DNA of 64,000 nt from NCBI GenBank assembly GCA_964016885.1, contig OZ024746.1:61876001-61940000 (forward strand), written 5' to 3'. The notes beneath the pieces were generated by a model, which was not told the origin of the DNA, did not search any database, and was given only the letters and a program-made list of their open reading frames with translations. A program made the position numbers and the translations under genes. Shown here piece after piece: positions 25,135-38,700 of the stretch (the stretch's first letter is position 1; every line of letters starts with the position of its first letter). Origin of the DNA: Eledone cirrhosa (Eukaryota).

Positions 25135-26530
25135 AGCAGCAATAACAACACCACCATCATCATTATCAGCAGTAACAGCAACAAAATCAGCAGCAGCAAT
25201 AACATCGGCAACATCAACAGCAGCAGTAGCAGCAACATCAGCAGCAACATCACCAACACCAGCATCAGTATCAGCAGCAACATCAGCAGCAACATCAGTA
25301 GCAACATAACCAGCATCAGCATCAGTATCAGCAGCAACATCAGCAGCAACATAACCAACACCAGCATCAGTATCAGCAGCAACATCACCAACACCAGCAT
25401 CAGTATCAGCAGCAACATCCGCAGCAACATCACCAACACCAGCATCAGTATCAGCAGCAACATAACCAACACCAGCATCAGTATCAGCAGCAACATCCGC
25501 AGCAACATCAGCAGCAACATAACCAACAACAGCATCAGTATCAGAAGCAACATCAGCAGCAACATAACCAACAACAGCACCAGTATCAGAAGCAACATCA
25601 GCAGCAACATCCGCAGCAACATCAGCAGCAACATAACCAACAACAGCACCAGTATCAGAAGCAACATCCGCAGCAACATCAGCAGCAACATCCGCAGCAA
25701 CATCACCAACATCAGCATCAGTGTCAGCAATAATTGTTTCTACTTTAGGCACAAGGCCAGCAAGTACCCCAGTGTATTACTGGTACTTTATTTTATCGAC
25801 CCCGTAAGGATGAAAGGCAAAGTTAACCTCGGCGGCGGGATTTGAACTCAGAATGGCAAGGGCCGTAACTCTATGCTGCAAAGTATGGCGTCCGACCCTC
25901 TCCCGATACTGCCACTCCACAGCAATAACATCGGCAACATCAACATCAACAGCAGTAGCAGCAGCATCAGCAGCAAACATCAACAACATCAGTATCACTA
26001 TCAACAATAACATCAGCACCAGCATCACCAACACCAGCACCAGCAGCACCTGCAACACCAGCATCAGCAACACCAGCACCAGCAGCACCATCAGCACCAG
26101 CATCACCATCATCACTATCAGCAACATCAGCAGCACCAGCAGCACCAGCATCACCAACATCAGCACCAGCAGCACCATCATCAACATCAGCACCATCATC
26201 ACTATCAGCAACATCAGCAGCATCAGCAACACCAGCAGCACCAACATCAGCATCATCAACATCAGCACCATCATCACTATCAGCAACAACAGCAGCATCA
26301 GCAACACCAGCAGCACCAACATCAGCATCATCAACATCAGCACCATCATCACTATCAGCAACATCAGCAACATCAGCAACACCAGCAGCACCAACATCAG
26401 CATCATCAACATCATCAGCATCAGCACCATCATCACTATCAGCAACACCAGCAACATCAGCAGCACCAGCAACACCAGCAGCACCAACATCAGCATCATC
26501 AACATCAGCACCATCATCACTATCAACATC
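25135..26530. repeat. Cryptic (CAG/CAA/CAT/CAC)n trinucleotide-derived array split by a SINE
   Basis: Direct reading. Confidence 0.9.
25734..25919 (-). mobile_element. SINE family A with apparent target-site duplication CAGCAATAA
   Basis: Consensus match; CAGCAATAA lies on both sides. Confidence 0.85.
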
Positions 26531-26764
26531 TTCAGAAACATTAATAGCAGAGACTATTTCTGCCAATCAGCATCGAGTAGTCTTCTACGTCATAAGTGAG
26601 CGGAGTAATAATAGGGCGGCGGTCAGTCGGCCAAGAAATTAACCAATCAAATACAACCTTACCGTTTATCCACCATTAACACTAAACATTTATCTCAATC
26701 ATACACCAGCCCTTTTTTTATTCACTAAATATCTTGCTCAATCATTTAACTATATACTTTTTAT

Positions 26765-29700
26765 TCGTTCCTTCTTCTATTATATCGTTCTTTCTCTCGT
26801 TCCTTCTTCCATTCTATCGTTCTTTCTCTCGTTCCTTCTTCCATTCTATCGTTCTTTCTCTCGTTCCTTCTTCCATTCTATCGTTCTTTCTCTCGTTCCT
26901 TCTTCCATTCTATCGTTCTTTCTCTCATTCCTTCTTCCATTCTATCGTTCTTTCTCTCGTTCCTTCTTCCATTCTATCGTTCTTTCTCTCGTTCCTTCTT
27001 CTATTCTATCGTTCTTCCTCACGTTCATTCTTCCATTCTATCGTTCTTTCTCTGGTTCCTTCTTCCATTCTATCGTTCTTTCTCTCGTTCCTTCTTCCAT
27101 TCTATCGTTCTTTCTCTCGTTCCTTCTTCTATTCTATCGTTCTTTCTCTCGTTCTTTCTTCCATTCTATCGTTCTTTCTCTCGTTCCTTCTTCCATTCTA
27201 TCGTTCTTTCTCTCGTTCCTTCTTCAATTCTATCGTTCTTTCTCACGTTCCTTCTTCCATTCTATCGTTCTTTCTCTCGTTCCTTCTTCAATTCTATCGT
27301 TCTTTCTCACGTTCCTTCTTCCATTCTATCGTTCTTTCTCGCGTTCCTTCTTCCATTCTATCGTTCTTTCTCTCGTTCCTTCTTCCATTCTATCGTTCTT
27401 TCTCTCGTTCCTTCTTCAATTCTATCGTTCTTTCTCTCGTTCCTTCTTCAATTCTCTCGTTCTTTCTCTCGTTCCTTCTTCCATTCTATCGTTCTTTCTC
27501 TCGTTCCTTCTTCCATTCTATCGTTCTTTCTCTCGTTCCTTCTTCCATTCTATCGTTCTTTCTCACGTTCCTTCTTCAATTCTATCGTTCTTTCTCTCGT
27601 TCCTTCTTCAATTCTATCGTTCTTTCTCTCGTTCATTCTTCCATTCTATCGTTCTTTTGCTCGTTCCTTCTTCCATTCTATCGTTCTTTCTCTCGTTCCT
27701 TCTTCCATTCTATCGTCCTTTCTCTCGTTCCTTCTTCAATTCTATCGTTCTTTCTCTCGTTCCTTCCATTCTCTCGTTCTTTCTCTCGTTGGTTCTTCCA
27801 TTCTATCGTTCTTTCTCTCGTTCCTTCTTCCATTCTATCGTTCTTTCTCTCGTTCCTTCTTCCATTCTATCGTTATTTCTCTCGTTCCTTCTTCTATTCT
27901 ATCGTTCTTTCTCTCGTTCTTTCTTCCATTCTATCGTTCTTTCTCTCGTTCCTTCTTCAATTCTATCGTTCTTTCTCTCGTTCCTTCTTCCATTCTATCG
28001 TTCTTTCTCTCGTTCCTTCTTCAATTCTATCGTTCTTTCTCTCGTTCCTTCTTCCATTCTATCGTTCTTTCTCACGTCCCTTCTTCCATTCTATCGTTCT
28101 TTCTCACGTTGCTTCTTCCATTCTATCGTTCTTTCTCTCGTTCCTTCTTCCATTCTATCGTTCTTTCGCTCGTTTCTTCTTCCATTCTATCGTTCTTTCT
28201 CACGTTCCTTCTTCCATTCTATCGTTCTTTCTCTCCTTCCTTCTTCGATTCTATCGTTCTTTCTCTCGTTCCTTCTTCCATTCTATCGTTCTTTCTCTCG
28301 TTCCTTCTTCCATTCTATCGTTCTTTCTCTCGTTCCTTCTTCAATTCTATCGTTCTTTCTCTCGTTCCTTCTTCCATTCTATCGTTATTTCTCTCGTTCC
28401 TCCTTCAATTCTATCGTTCTTACTCTCGTTCCTTCTTCAATTCTCTCGTTCTTTCCCTCGTTCCTTCTTCCATTCTATCGTTCTTTCTCACGTTCCTTCT
28501 CCCATTCTATCGTTCTTTCTCTCCTTCCTTCTTCCATTCTATCGTTCTTTCTCTCGTTCCTTCTTCCATTCTATCGTTCTTTCTCTCGTTCCTTCTTCCA
28601 TTCTAACGTTCTTTCTCTCGTTCATTCTTCAATTCTATCGTTCTGTCTCACGTTCCCACTTCCATTCTATCGTTCTTTCTTTCGTTCCTTCTTCAATTCT
28701 ATCGTTCTTTCTCTCGTTCCTTCTTCCATTCTATCGTTCTTTCTCACGTCCCTTCTTCCATTCTATCGTTCTTTCTCACGTTGCTTCTTCCATTCTATCG
28801 TTCTTTCTCTCGTTCCTTCTTCCATTCTATCGTTTTTTCGTTCGTTCCTTTTTCCATTCTATCGTTCTTTCTCACGTTCCTTCTTCCATTCTATCGTTCT
28901 TTCTCACGTTCCTTCTTCCATTCTATCGTTCTTTCTCTCGTTCCTTCTTCCATTCTATCGTTCTTTCTCTCGTTCCTTCTTCCATTCTATCGTTCTTTCT
29001 CTCGTTCCTTCTTCCATTCTAACGTTCTTTCTCTCGTTCATTCTTCAATTCTATCGTTCTTTCTCACGTTGCTTCTTCCATTCTATCGTTCTTTCTCTCG
29101 TTCTTTCTTCCATTCTATCGTTCTTTCGCTCGTTCCTTCTTCCATTCTATCGTTCTTTCTCACGTTCCTTCTTCCATTCTATCGTTCTTTCTCTCCTTCC
29201 TTCTTCCATTCTATCGTTCTTTCTCTCGTTCCTTCTTCCATTCTATCGTTCTTTCTCTCCTTCCTTCTTCCATTCTATCGTTCTTTCTCTCGTTCCTTAT
29301 TCAATTCTATCGTTCTTTCTCTCGTTCCTTCTTCCATTCTATCGTTCTTTCTCACGTCCCTTCTTCCATTCTATCGTTCTTTGTCTCGTTCCTTCTTCCA
29401 TTCTATCGTTCTTTCTCTCGTTCCTTCTTCCATTCTATCGTTATTTATCTCGTTCCTCCTTCAATTCTATCGTTCTTTCTCTCGTTCCTTCTTCAATTCT
29501 CTCGTTCTTTCTCTCGTTCCTTCTTCCATTCTATCGTTCTTTCTCACGTTTCTTCTTCCATTCTATCGTTCTTTCTCTCGTTCCTTCTTCCATTCTATCG
29601 TTCTTTCTCTCGTTCCTTCTTCCATTCTATCGTTCTTTCTCACGTCCCTTCTTCCATTCTATCGTTCTTTCTCACGTTGCTTCTTCCATTCTATCGTTCT

Positions 29701-32700
29701 TTCTCTCGTTCCTTCTTCCATTCTATCGTTTTTTCGTTCGTTCCTTTTTCCATTCTATCGTTCTTTCTCACGTTCCTTCTTCCATTCTATCGTTCTTTCT
29801 CACGTTCCTTCTTCCATTCTATCGTTCTTTCTCTCGTTCCTTCTTCCATTCTATCGTTCTTTCTCTCGTTCCTTCTTCCATTCTATCGTTCTTTCTCTCG
29901 TTCCTTCTTCCATTCTAACGTTCTTTCTCTCGTTCATTCTTCAATTCTATCGTTCTTTCTCACGTTCCTTCTTCCATTCTATCGTTCTTTCTTTCGTTCC
30001 TTCTTCAATTCTATCGTTCTTTCTCTCGTTCCTTCTTCCATTCTATCGTTCTTTCTCACGTCCCTTCTTCCATTCTATCGTTCTTTCTCACGTTGCTTCT
30101 TCCAGTCTATCGTTTTTTCGGTCGTTCCTTCTTCCATTCTATCGTTTTTAGGTCGTTCCATCTTCCATTCTATCGTCCTTTCTCTCGTTCCTTCTTCCAT
30201 TCTATCGTTCTTTCTCTCGTTCCTTCCATTCTATCGTTCTTTCTCTCGTTGCTTCTTCCATTCTATCGTTCTTTCTCTCATTCCTACTTCCATTCTATCG
30301 TTCTTTCTCTCGTTCCTTCTTCTATTCTATCGTTCTTTCTCTCGTTCCTTCTTCAATTCTCTCGTTCTTTCTCTCGTTCCTTCTTCAATTCTCTCGTTCT
30401 TTCTCTCGTTCCTTCTTCCATTCTATCGTTCTTTCTCTCGTTCCTCCTTCCATTCTATCGTAATTTCTCTCGTTCCTTCTTCTATTCTATCGTTCTTTCT
30501 CTCGTTCCTTCTTCCATTCTATCGTTTTTTCTCTTGTTCCTTCTTCAATTCTATCGTTCTTTCTCACGTTCTTTCTTCCATTCTATCGTTCTTTCTCACG
30601 TTCCTTCTTCAATTCTATCGTTCTTTCTCTCGTTCCTTCTTCCATTCTATCGTTCTTTCTCTCGTTCCTTCTTCCATTCTATCGTTCTTTCTCTCGTTCC
30701 TTCTTCCATTGTATCGTTCTTTCTCACGTTTCTTCTTCCATTCTATCGTTCTTTCTCTCGTTCCTTCTTCCATTCTATCGTTCTTTCTCTCGTATTTCTT
30801 CAATTCTATCGTTCTTTCTCACGTTCCTTCTTCCATTCTATCGTTCTTTCTTTCGTTCCTTCTTCAATTCTATCGTTCTTTCTCTCGTTCCTTCTTCAAT
30901 TCTCTCGTTCTTTCTCTCGTTCCTTCTTCAATTCTCTCGTTCTTTCTCTCGTTCCTTCTTCCATTCTATCGTTCTTTCTCTCGTTCCTTCTTCCATTCTA
31001 TCGTTATTTCTCTCGTTCCTTCTTCTATTCTATCGTTCTTTCTCTCGTTCTTTCTTCCATTCTATCGTTCTTTCTCTCGTTCCTTCTTCAATTCTATCGT
31101 TCTTTCTCTCGTTCCTTCTTCCATTCTATCGTTCTTTCTCTCGTTCCTTCTTCAATTCTATCGTTCTTTCTCTCGTTCCTTCTTCCATTCTATCGTTCTT
31201 TCTCACGTCCCTTCTTCCATTCTATCGTTCTGTCTCACGTTGCTTCTTCCATTCTATCGTTCTTTCTCTCGTTCCTTCTTCCATTCTATCGTTCTTTCGC
31301 TCGTTTCTTCTTCCATTCTATCGTTCTTTCTCACGTTCCTTCTTCCATTCTATCGTTCTTTCTCTCCTTCCTTCTTCCATTCTATCGTTCTTTCTCTCGT
31401 TCCTTCTTCCATTCTATCGTTCTTTCTCTCGTTCCTTCTTCCATTCTATCGTTCTTTCTCTCGTTCCTTCTTCAATTCTATCGTTCTTTGTCTCGTTCCT
31501 TCTTCCATTCTATCGTTCTTTCTCACGTTCCTTCTTCCATTCTATCGTTCTTTCTCTCGTTCCTTCGTCCATTCTATCGTTCTTTCTCTCGTTCCTTCTT
31601 CCATTCTATCGTTATTTCTCTCGTTCCTCCTTCAATTCTATCGTTCTTTCTCTCGTTCCTTCTTCAATTCTCTCGTTCTTTCTCTCGTTCCTTCTTCCAT
31701 TCTATCGTTCTTTCTCACGTTCCTTCTCCCATTCTATCGTTCTTTCTCTCGTTCCTTCTTCCATTCTATCGTTCTTTCTCTCGTTCCTTCTTCCATTCTA
31801 TCGTTCTTTCTCTCGTTCCTTCTTCCATTCTAACGTTCTTTCTCTCGTTCATTCTTCAATTCTATCGTTCTTTCTCACGTTCCCACTTCCATTCTATCGT
31901 TCTTTCTTTCGTTCCTTCTTCAATTCTATCGTTCTTTCTCTCGTTCCTTCTTCCATTCTATCGTTCTTTCTCACGTCCCTTCTTCCATTCTATCGTTCTT
32001 TCTCACGTTGCTTCTTCCATTCTATCGTTCTTTCTCTCGTTCCTTCTTCCATTCTATCGTTTTTTCGTTCGTTCCTTTTTCCATTTTATCGTTCTTTCTC
32101 ACGTTCCTTCTTCCATTCTATCGTTCTTTCTCACGTTCCTTCTTCCATTCTATCGTTCTTTCTCTCGTTCCTTCTTCCATTCTATCGTTCTTTCTCTCGT
32201 TCCTTCTTCCATTCTATCGTTCTTTCTCTCGTTCCTTCTTCCATTCTAACGTTCTTTCTCTCGTTCATTCTTCAATTCTATCGTTCTTTCTCACGTTGCT
32301 TCTTCCATTCTATCGTTCTTTCTCTCGTTCCTTCTTCCATTCTATCGTTCTTTCGCTCGTTCCTTCTTCCATTCTATCGTTCTTTCTCACGTTCCTTCTT
32401 CCATTCTATCGTTCTTTCTCTCCTTCCTTCTTCCATTCTATCGTTCTTTCTCTCGTTCCTTCTTCCATTCTATCTTTCTTTCTCTCCTTCCTTCTTCCAT
32501 TCTATCGTTCTTTCTCTCGTTCCTTCTTCAATTCTATCGTTCTTTCTCTCGTTCCTTCTTCCATTCTATCGTTCTTTCTCACGTTCCTTCTTCCATTCTA
32601 TCGTTCTTTCTCTCGTTCCTTCTTCCATTCTATCGTTATTTCTCTCGTTCCTCCTTCAATTCTATCGTTCTTTCTCTCGTTCCTTCTTCAATTCTCTCGT

Positions 32701-35700
32701 TCTTTATCTCGTTCCTTCTTCCATTCTATCGTTCTTTCTCACGTTCCTTCTTCCATTCTATCGTTCTTTCTCTCGTTCCTTCTTCCATTCTATCGTTCTT
32801 TCTCTCGTTCCTTCTTCCATTCTATCGTTCTTTCTCACGTCCCTTCTTCCATTCTATCGTTCTTTCTCACGTTGCTTCTTCCATTCTATCGTTCTTTCTC
32901 TCGTTCCTTCTTCCATTCTATCGTTTTTTCGTTCGTTCCTTTTTCCATTCTATCGTTCTTTCTCACGTTCCTTCTTCCATTCTATCGTTCTTTCTCACGT
33001 TCCTTCTTCCATTCTATCGTTCTTTCTCTCGTTCCTTCTTCCATTCTATCGTTCTTTCTCTCGTTCCTTCTTCCATTCTATCGTTCTTTCTCTCGTTCCT
33101 TCTTCCATTCTAACGTTCTTTCTCTCGTTCATTCTTCAATTCTATCGTTCTTTCTCACGTTCCTTCTTCCATTCTATCGTTCTTTCTTTCGTTCCTTCTT
33201 CAATTCTATCGTTCTTTCTCTCGTTCCTTCTTCCATTCTATCGTTCTTTCTCACGTCCCTTCTTCCATTCTATCGTTCTTTCTCACGTTGCTTCTTCCAG
33301 TCTATCGTTTTTTCGGTCGTTCCTTCTTCCATTCTATCGTTTTTTCGTTCGTTCCATCTTCCATTCTATCGTTCTTTCTCTCGTTCCTTCCATTCTATCG
33401 TTCTTTCTCTCGTTGCTTCTTCCATTCTATAGTTCTTTCTCTCATTCCTACTTCCATTCTATCGTTCTTTCTCTCGTTCCTTCTTCTATTCTATCGTTCT
33501 TTCTCTCGTTCCTTCTTCAATTCTCTCGTTCTTTCTCTCGTTCCTTCTTCAATTCTCTCGTTCTTTCTCTCGTTCCTTCTTCCATTCTATCGTTCTTTCT
33601 CTCGTTCCTCCTTCCATTCTATCGTAATTTCTCTCGTTCCTTCTTCTATTCTATCGTTCTTTCTCTCGTTCCTTCTTCCATTCTATCGTTTTTTCTCTTG
33701 TTCCTTCTTCAATTCTATCGTTCTTTCTCACGTTCTTTCTTCCATTCTATCGTTCTTTCTCACGTTCCTTCTTCAATTCTATCGTTCTTTCTCTCGTTCC
33801 TTCTTCCATTCTATCGTTCTTTCTCTCGTTCCTTCTTCCATTCTATCGTTCTTTCTCTCGTTCCTTCTTCCATTGTATCGTTCTTTCTCACGTTTCTTCT
33901 TCCATTCTATCGTTCTTTCTCTCGTTCCTTCTTCCATTCTATCGTTCTTTCTCTCGTATTACTTCAATTCTATCGTTCTTTCTCTCGTTCCTTCTTCCAT
34001 TCTATCGTTCTTTCTCTCGTTCCTCTTCCATTCTATCGTTCTTTCTCTCGTTCCTTCTTCCATTCTATCGTTCTTTCTCTCGTTCCTTCTTCAATTCTAT
34101 CGTTTTTTCTCTCGTTCCGTTCCTTCTTCCATTCTATCGTTCTTTCTCACGCTCCTTCTTCAATTCTATCGTTCTTTCTCTCATTCCTTCTTCCATTCTA
34201 TCGTTCTTTCTCTCGTTCCTTCTTCCATTCTATCGTTATTTCTCTCGTTCCTCCTTCAATTCTATCGTTCTTTCTCTCGTTTCTTCTTCAATTCTCTCGT
34301 TCTTTCTCTCGTTCCTTCTTCCATTCTATCGTTCTTTCTCACGTTCCTTCTTCCATTCTATCGTTCTTTCTCTCGTTCCTTCTTCCATTCTATCGTTCTT
34401 TCTCTCGTTCCTTCTTCCATTCTATCGTTCTTTCTCTCGTTCCTTCTTCCATTCTATCGTTCTTTCTCTTATTCCTTCTTCAATTCTATCGTTCTTTCTC
34501 TCGTTCCTTCTTCCATTCTATCGTTCTTTCTCTCATTTCTTCTTCCATCCTATCGTTCTTTCTCTCGTTCCATCTTCAATTCTATCGTTCTTTCTCTCGT
34601 TCCTTCTTCTATTCTATCGTTATTTCTCTCGTTCCTTCTTCCATTCTAACGTTCTTTCTCTCGTTCCTTCTTCCATTCTATCGTTCTTTCTCTCGTTCCT
34701 TCTTCCATTCTATCGTTCTTTCTCTTGTTCCTTCTTCAATTCTATCGTTCTTTCTCTCGTTCCTTCTTCTATTCTCTCGTTCTTTCTCTCGTTCTTTCTT
34801 CAATTCTATCGTTCTTTCTCTCGTTCCTTCTTCCATTCTATCGTTCTTTCTCTCGTTCCTTCTTCCATTCTATCGTTCTTTCTCTCGTTCCTTCTTCCAT
34901 TCTATCGTTCTTTCTTTCGTTCCTTCTTCAATTCTATCGTTCTTTCTCACGTTGCTTTTTCCATTCTATCGTTCTTTCTCTCGTTCCTTCTTCCATTCTA
35001 TCGTTCTTTCTCACGTTCCTTCTTGCATTCTATCGTTCTTTCTCTCCTTCCTTCTTCCATTCTATCGTTCTTTCTCTCGTTCCTTCTTCCATTCTATCGT
35101 TCTTTCTCTCCTTCCTTCTTCCATTCTATCGTTCTTTCTCTCGTTCCTTATTCAATTCTATCGTTCTTTCTCTCGTTCCTTCTTCCATTCTATCGTTCTT
35201 TCTCACGTCCCTTCTTCCATTCAATCGTTCTTTCTCACGTTGCTTCTTCCATTCTATCGTTCTTTCTCTCGTTCCTTCTTCCATTCTATCGTTCTTTCGC
35301 TCGTTCCTTCTTCCATTCTATCGTTCTTTCTCACGTTCCTTCTTCCATTCTATCGTTCTTTCTCTCCTTCCTTCTTCCATTCTATCGTTCTTTCTCACGT
35401 TCCTTCTTCCATTCTATCGTTCTTTCTCTCCTTCCTTCTTCCATTCTATCGCTCTTTCTCTCGTTCCTTCTACCATTATATCGTTCTTTCTCTCGTTCCT
35501 TCTTCAATTCTATCGTTCTTTCTCTCGTTCCTTCTTCCATTCTATCGTTCTTTCTCACGTTCCTTCTTCAATTCTATCGTTCTTTCTCTCATTCCTTCTT
35601 CCATTCTATCGTTCTTTCTCTCGTTCCTTCTTCCATTCTATCGTTATTTCTCTCGTTCCTCCTTCAATTCTATCGTTCTTTCTCTCGTTCCTTCTTCCAT

Positions 35701-38700
35701 TCTATCGTTCTTTCTCACGTTCCTTCTTCCATTCTATCGTTCTTTCTCTCGTTCCTTCTTCCATTCTATCGTTCTTTCTCTCGTTCCTTCTTCCATTCTA
35801 TCGTTCTTTCTCTCGTTCCTTCTTCCATTCTAACGTTCTTTCTCTCGTTCATTCTTCAATTCTATCGTTCTTTCTCACGTTCCTTCTTCCATTCTATCGT
35901 TCTTTCTTTCGTTCCTTCTTCAATTCTATCGTTCTTTCTCTCGTTCCTTCTTCCATTCTATCGTTCTTTCTCACGTCCCTTCTTCCATTCTATCGTTCTT
36001 TCTCACGTTGCTTCTTCCAGTCTATCGTATTTTCGGTCGTTCCTTCTTCCATTCTATCGTTTTTTCGTTCGTTCCATCTTCCATTCTATCGTTCTTTCTC
36101 TCGTTCCTTCCATTCTATCGTTCTTTCTCTCGTTGCTTCTTCCATTCTATAGTTCTTTCTCTCATTCCTACTTCCATTCTATCGTTCTTTCTCTCGTTCC
36201 TTCTTCTATTCTATCGTTCTTTCTCTCGTTCCTTCTTCAATTCTCTCGTTCTTTCTCTCGTTCCTTCTTCAATTCTCTCGTTCTTTCTCTCGTTCCTTCT
36301 TCCATTCTATCGTTCTTTCTCTCGTTCCTCCTTCCATTCTATCGTAATTTCTCTCGTTCCTTCTTCTATTCTATCGTTCTTTCTCTCGTTCCTTCTTCCA
36401 TTCTATCGTTTTTTCTCTTGTTCCTTCTTCAATTCTATCGTTCTTTCTCACGTTCTTTCTTCCATTCTATCGTTCTTTCTCACGTTCCTTCTTCAATTCT
36501 ATCGTTCTTTCTCTCGTTCCTTCTTCCATTCTATCGTTCTTTCTCTCGTTCCTTCTTCCATTCTATCGTTCTTTCTCTCGTTCCTTCTTCCATTGTATCG
36601 TTCTTTCTCACGTTTCTTCTTCCATTCTATCGTTCTTTCTCTCGTTCCTTCTTCCATTCTATCGTTCTTTCTCTCGTATTTCTTCAATTCTATCGTTCTT
36701 TCTCTCGTTCCTTCTTCCATTCTATCGTTCTTTCTCTCGTTCCTCTTCCATTCTATCGTTCTTTCTCTCGTTCCTTCTTCCATTCTATCGTTCTTTCTCT
36801 CGTTCCTTCTTCAATTCTATCGTTTTTTCTCTCGTTCCGTTCCTTCTTCCATTCTATCGTTCTTTCTCACGCTCCTTCTTCAATTCTATCGTTCTTTCTC
36901 TCATTTCTTCTTCCATTCTATCGTTCTTTCTCTCGTTCCTTCTTCCATTCTATCGTTATTTCTCTCGTTCCTCCTTCAATTCTATCGTTCTTTCTCTCGT
37001 TTCTTCTTCAATTCTCTCGTTCTTTCTCTCGTTCCTTCTTCCATTCTATCGTTCTTTCTCACGTTCCTTCTTCCATTCTATCGTTCTTTCTCTCGTTCCT
37101 TCTTCCATTCTATCGTTCTTTCTCTCGTTCCTTCTTCCATTCTATCGTTCTTTCTCTCGTTCCTTCTTCCATTCTATCGTTCTTTCTCTTATTCCTTCTT
37201 CAATTCTATCGTTCTTTCTCTCGTTCCTTCTTCCATTCTATCGTTCTTTCTCTCATTTCTTCTTCCATCCTATCGTTCTTTCTCTCGTTCCATCTTCAAT
37301 TCTATCGTTCTTTCTCTCGTTCCTTCTTCTATTCTATCGTTATTTCTCTCGTTCCTTCTTCCATTCTAACGTTCTTTCTCTCGTTCCTTCTTCCATTCTA
37401 TCGTTCTTTCTCACGTTGCTTTTTCCATTCTATCGTTCTTTCTCTCGTTCCTTCTTCCATTCTATCGTTCTTTCTCACGTTCCTTCTTGCATTCTATCGT
37501 TCTTTCTCTCCTTCCTTCTTCCATTCTATCGTTCTTTCTCTCGTTCCTTCTTCCATTCTATCGTTCTTTCTCTCCTTCCTTCTTCCATTCTATCGTTCTT
37601 TCTCTCGTTCCTTATTCAATTCTATCGTTCTTTCTCTCGTTCCTTCTTCCATTCTATCGTTCTTTCTCACGTCCCTTCTTCCATTCAATCGTTCTTTCTC
37701 ACGTTGCTTCTTCCATTCTATCGTTCTTTCTCTCGTTCCTTCTTCCATTCTATCGTTCTTTCGCTCGTTCCTTCTTCCATTCTATCGTTCTTTCTCACGT
37801 TCCTTCTTCCATTCTATCGTTCTTTCTCTCCTTCCTTCTTCCATTCTATCGTTCTTTCTCACGTTCCTTCTTCCATTCTATCGTTCTTTCTCTCCTTCCT
37901 TCTTCCATTCTATCGCTCTTTCTCTCGTTCCTTCTACCATTATATCGTTCTTTCTCTCGTTCCTTCTTCAATTCTATCGTTCTTTCTCTCGTTCCTTCTT
38001 CCATTCTATCGTTCTTTCTCACGTTCCTTCTTCAATTCTATCGTTCTTTCTCTCATTCCTTCTTCCATTCTATCGTTCTTTCTCTCGTTCCTTCTTCCAT
38101 TCTATCGTTATTTCTCTCGTTCCTCCTTCAATTCTATCGTTCTTTCTCTCGTTCCTTCTTCCATTCTATCGTTCTTTCTCACGTTCCTTCTTCCATTCTA
38201 TCGTTCTTTCTCTCGTTCCTTCTTCCATTCTATCGTTCTTTCTCTCGTTCCTTCTTCCATTCTATCGTTCTTTCTCTCGTTCCTTCTTCCATTCTAACGT
38301 TCTTTCTCTCGTTCATTCTTCAATTCTATCGTTCTTTCTCACGTTCCTTCTTCCATTCTATCGTTCTTTCTTTCGTTCCTTCTTCAATTCTATCGTTCTT
38401 TCTCTCGTTCCTTCTTCCATTCTATCGTTCTTTCTCACGTCCCTTCTTCCATTCTATCGTTCTTTCTCACGTTGCTTCTTCCAGTCTATCGTTCTTTCTC
38501 TCGTTCCTTCTTCCATTCTATCGTTTTTTCGTTCGTTCCTTTTTCCATTCTATCCTTCTTTCTCACGTTGCTTCTTCCATTCTCTCGTTCTTTCTCTCGT
38601 TCCTTCTTCCATTCTCTCGTTCTTTCTCTCGTTCCTTCTTCAATTCTATCGTTCTGTCTCTCGTTCCTTCTTCCATTCTATCGTTCTTTCTCACGTTCTT

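Noticed and set aside
24700-26599. Ser/Asn/Ile-rich ORFs
   Set aside because: Trinucleotide-derived repeats that read through (CT)n and a SINE.
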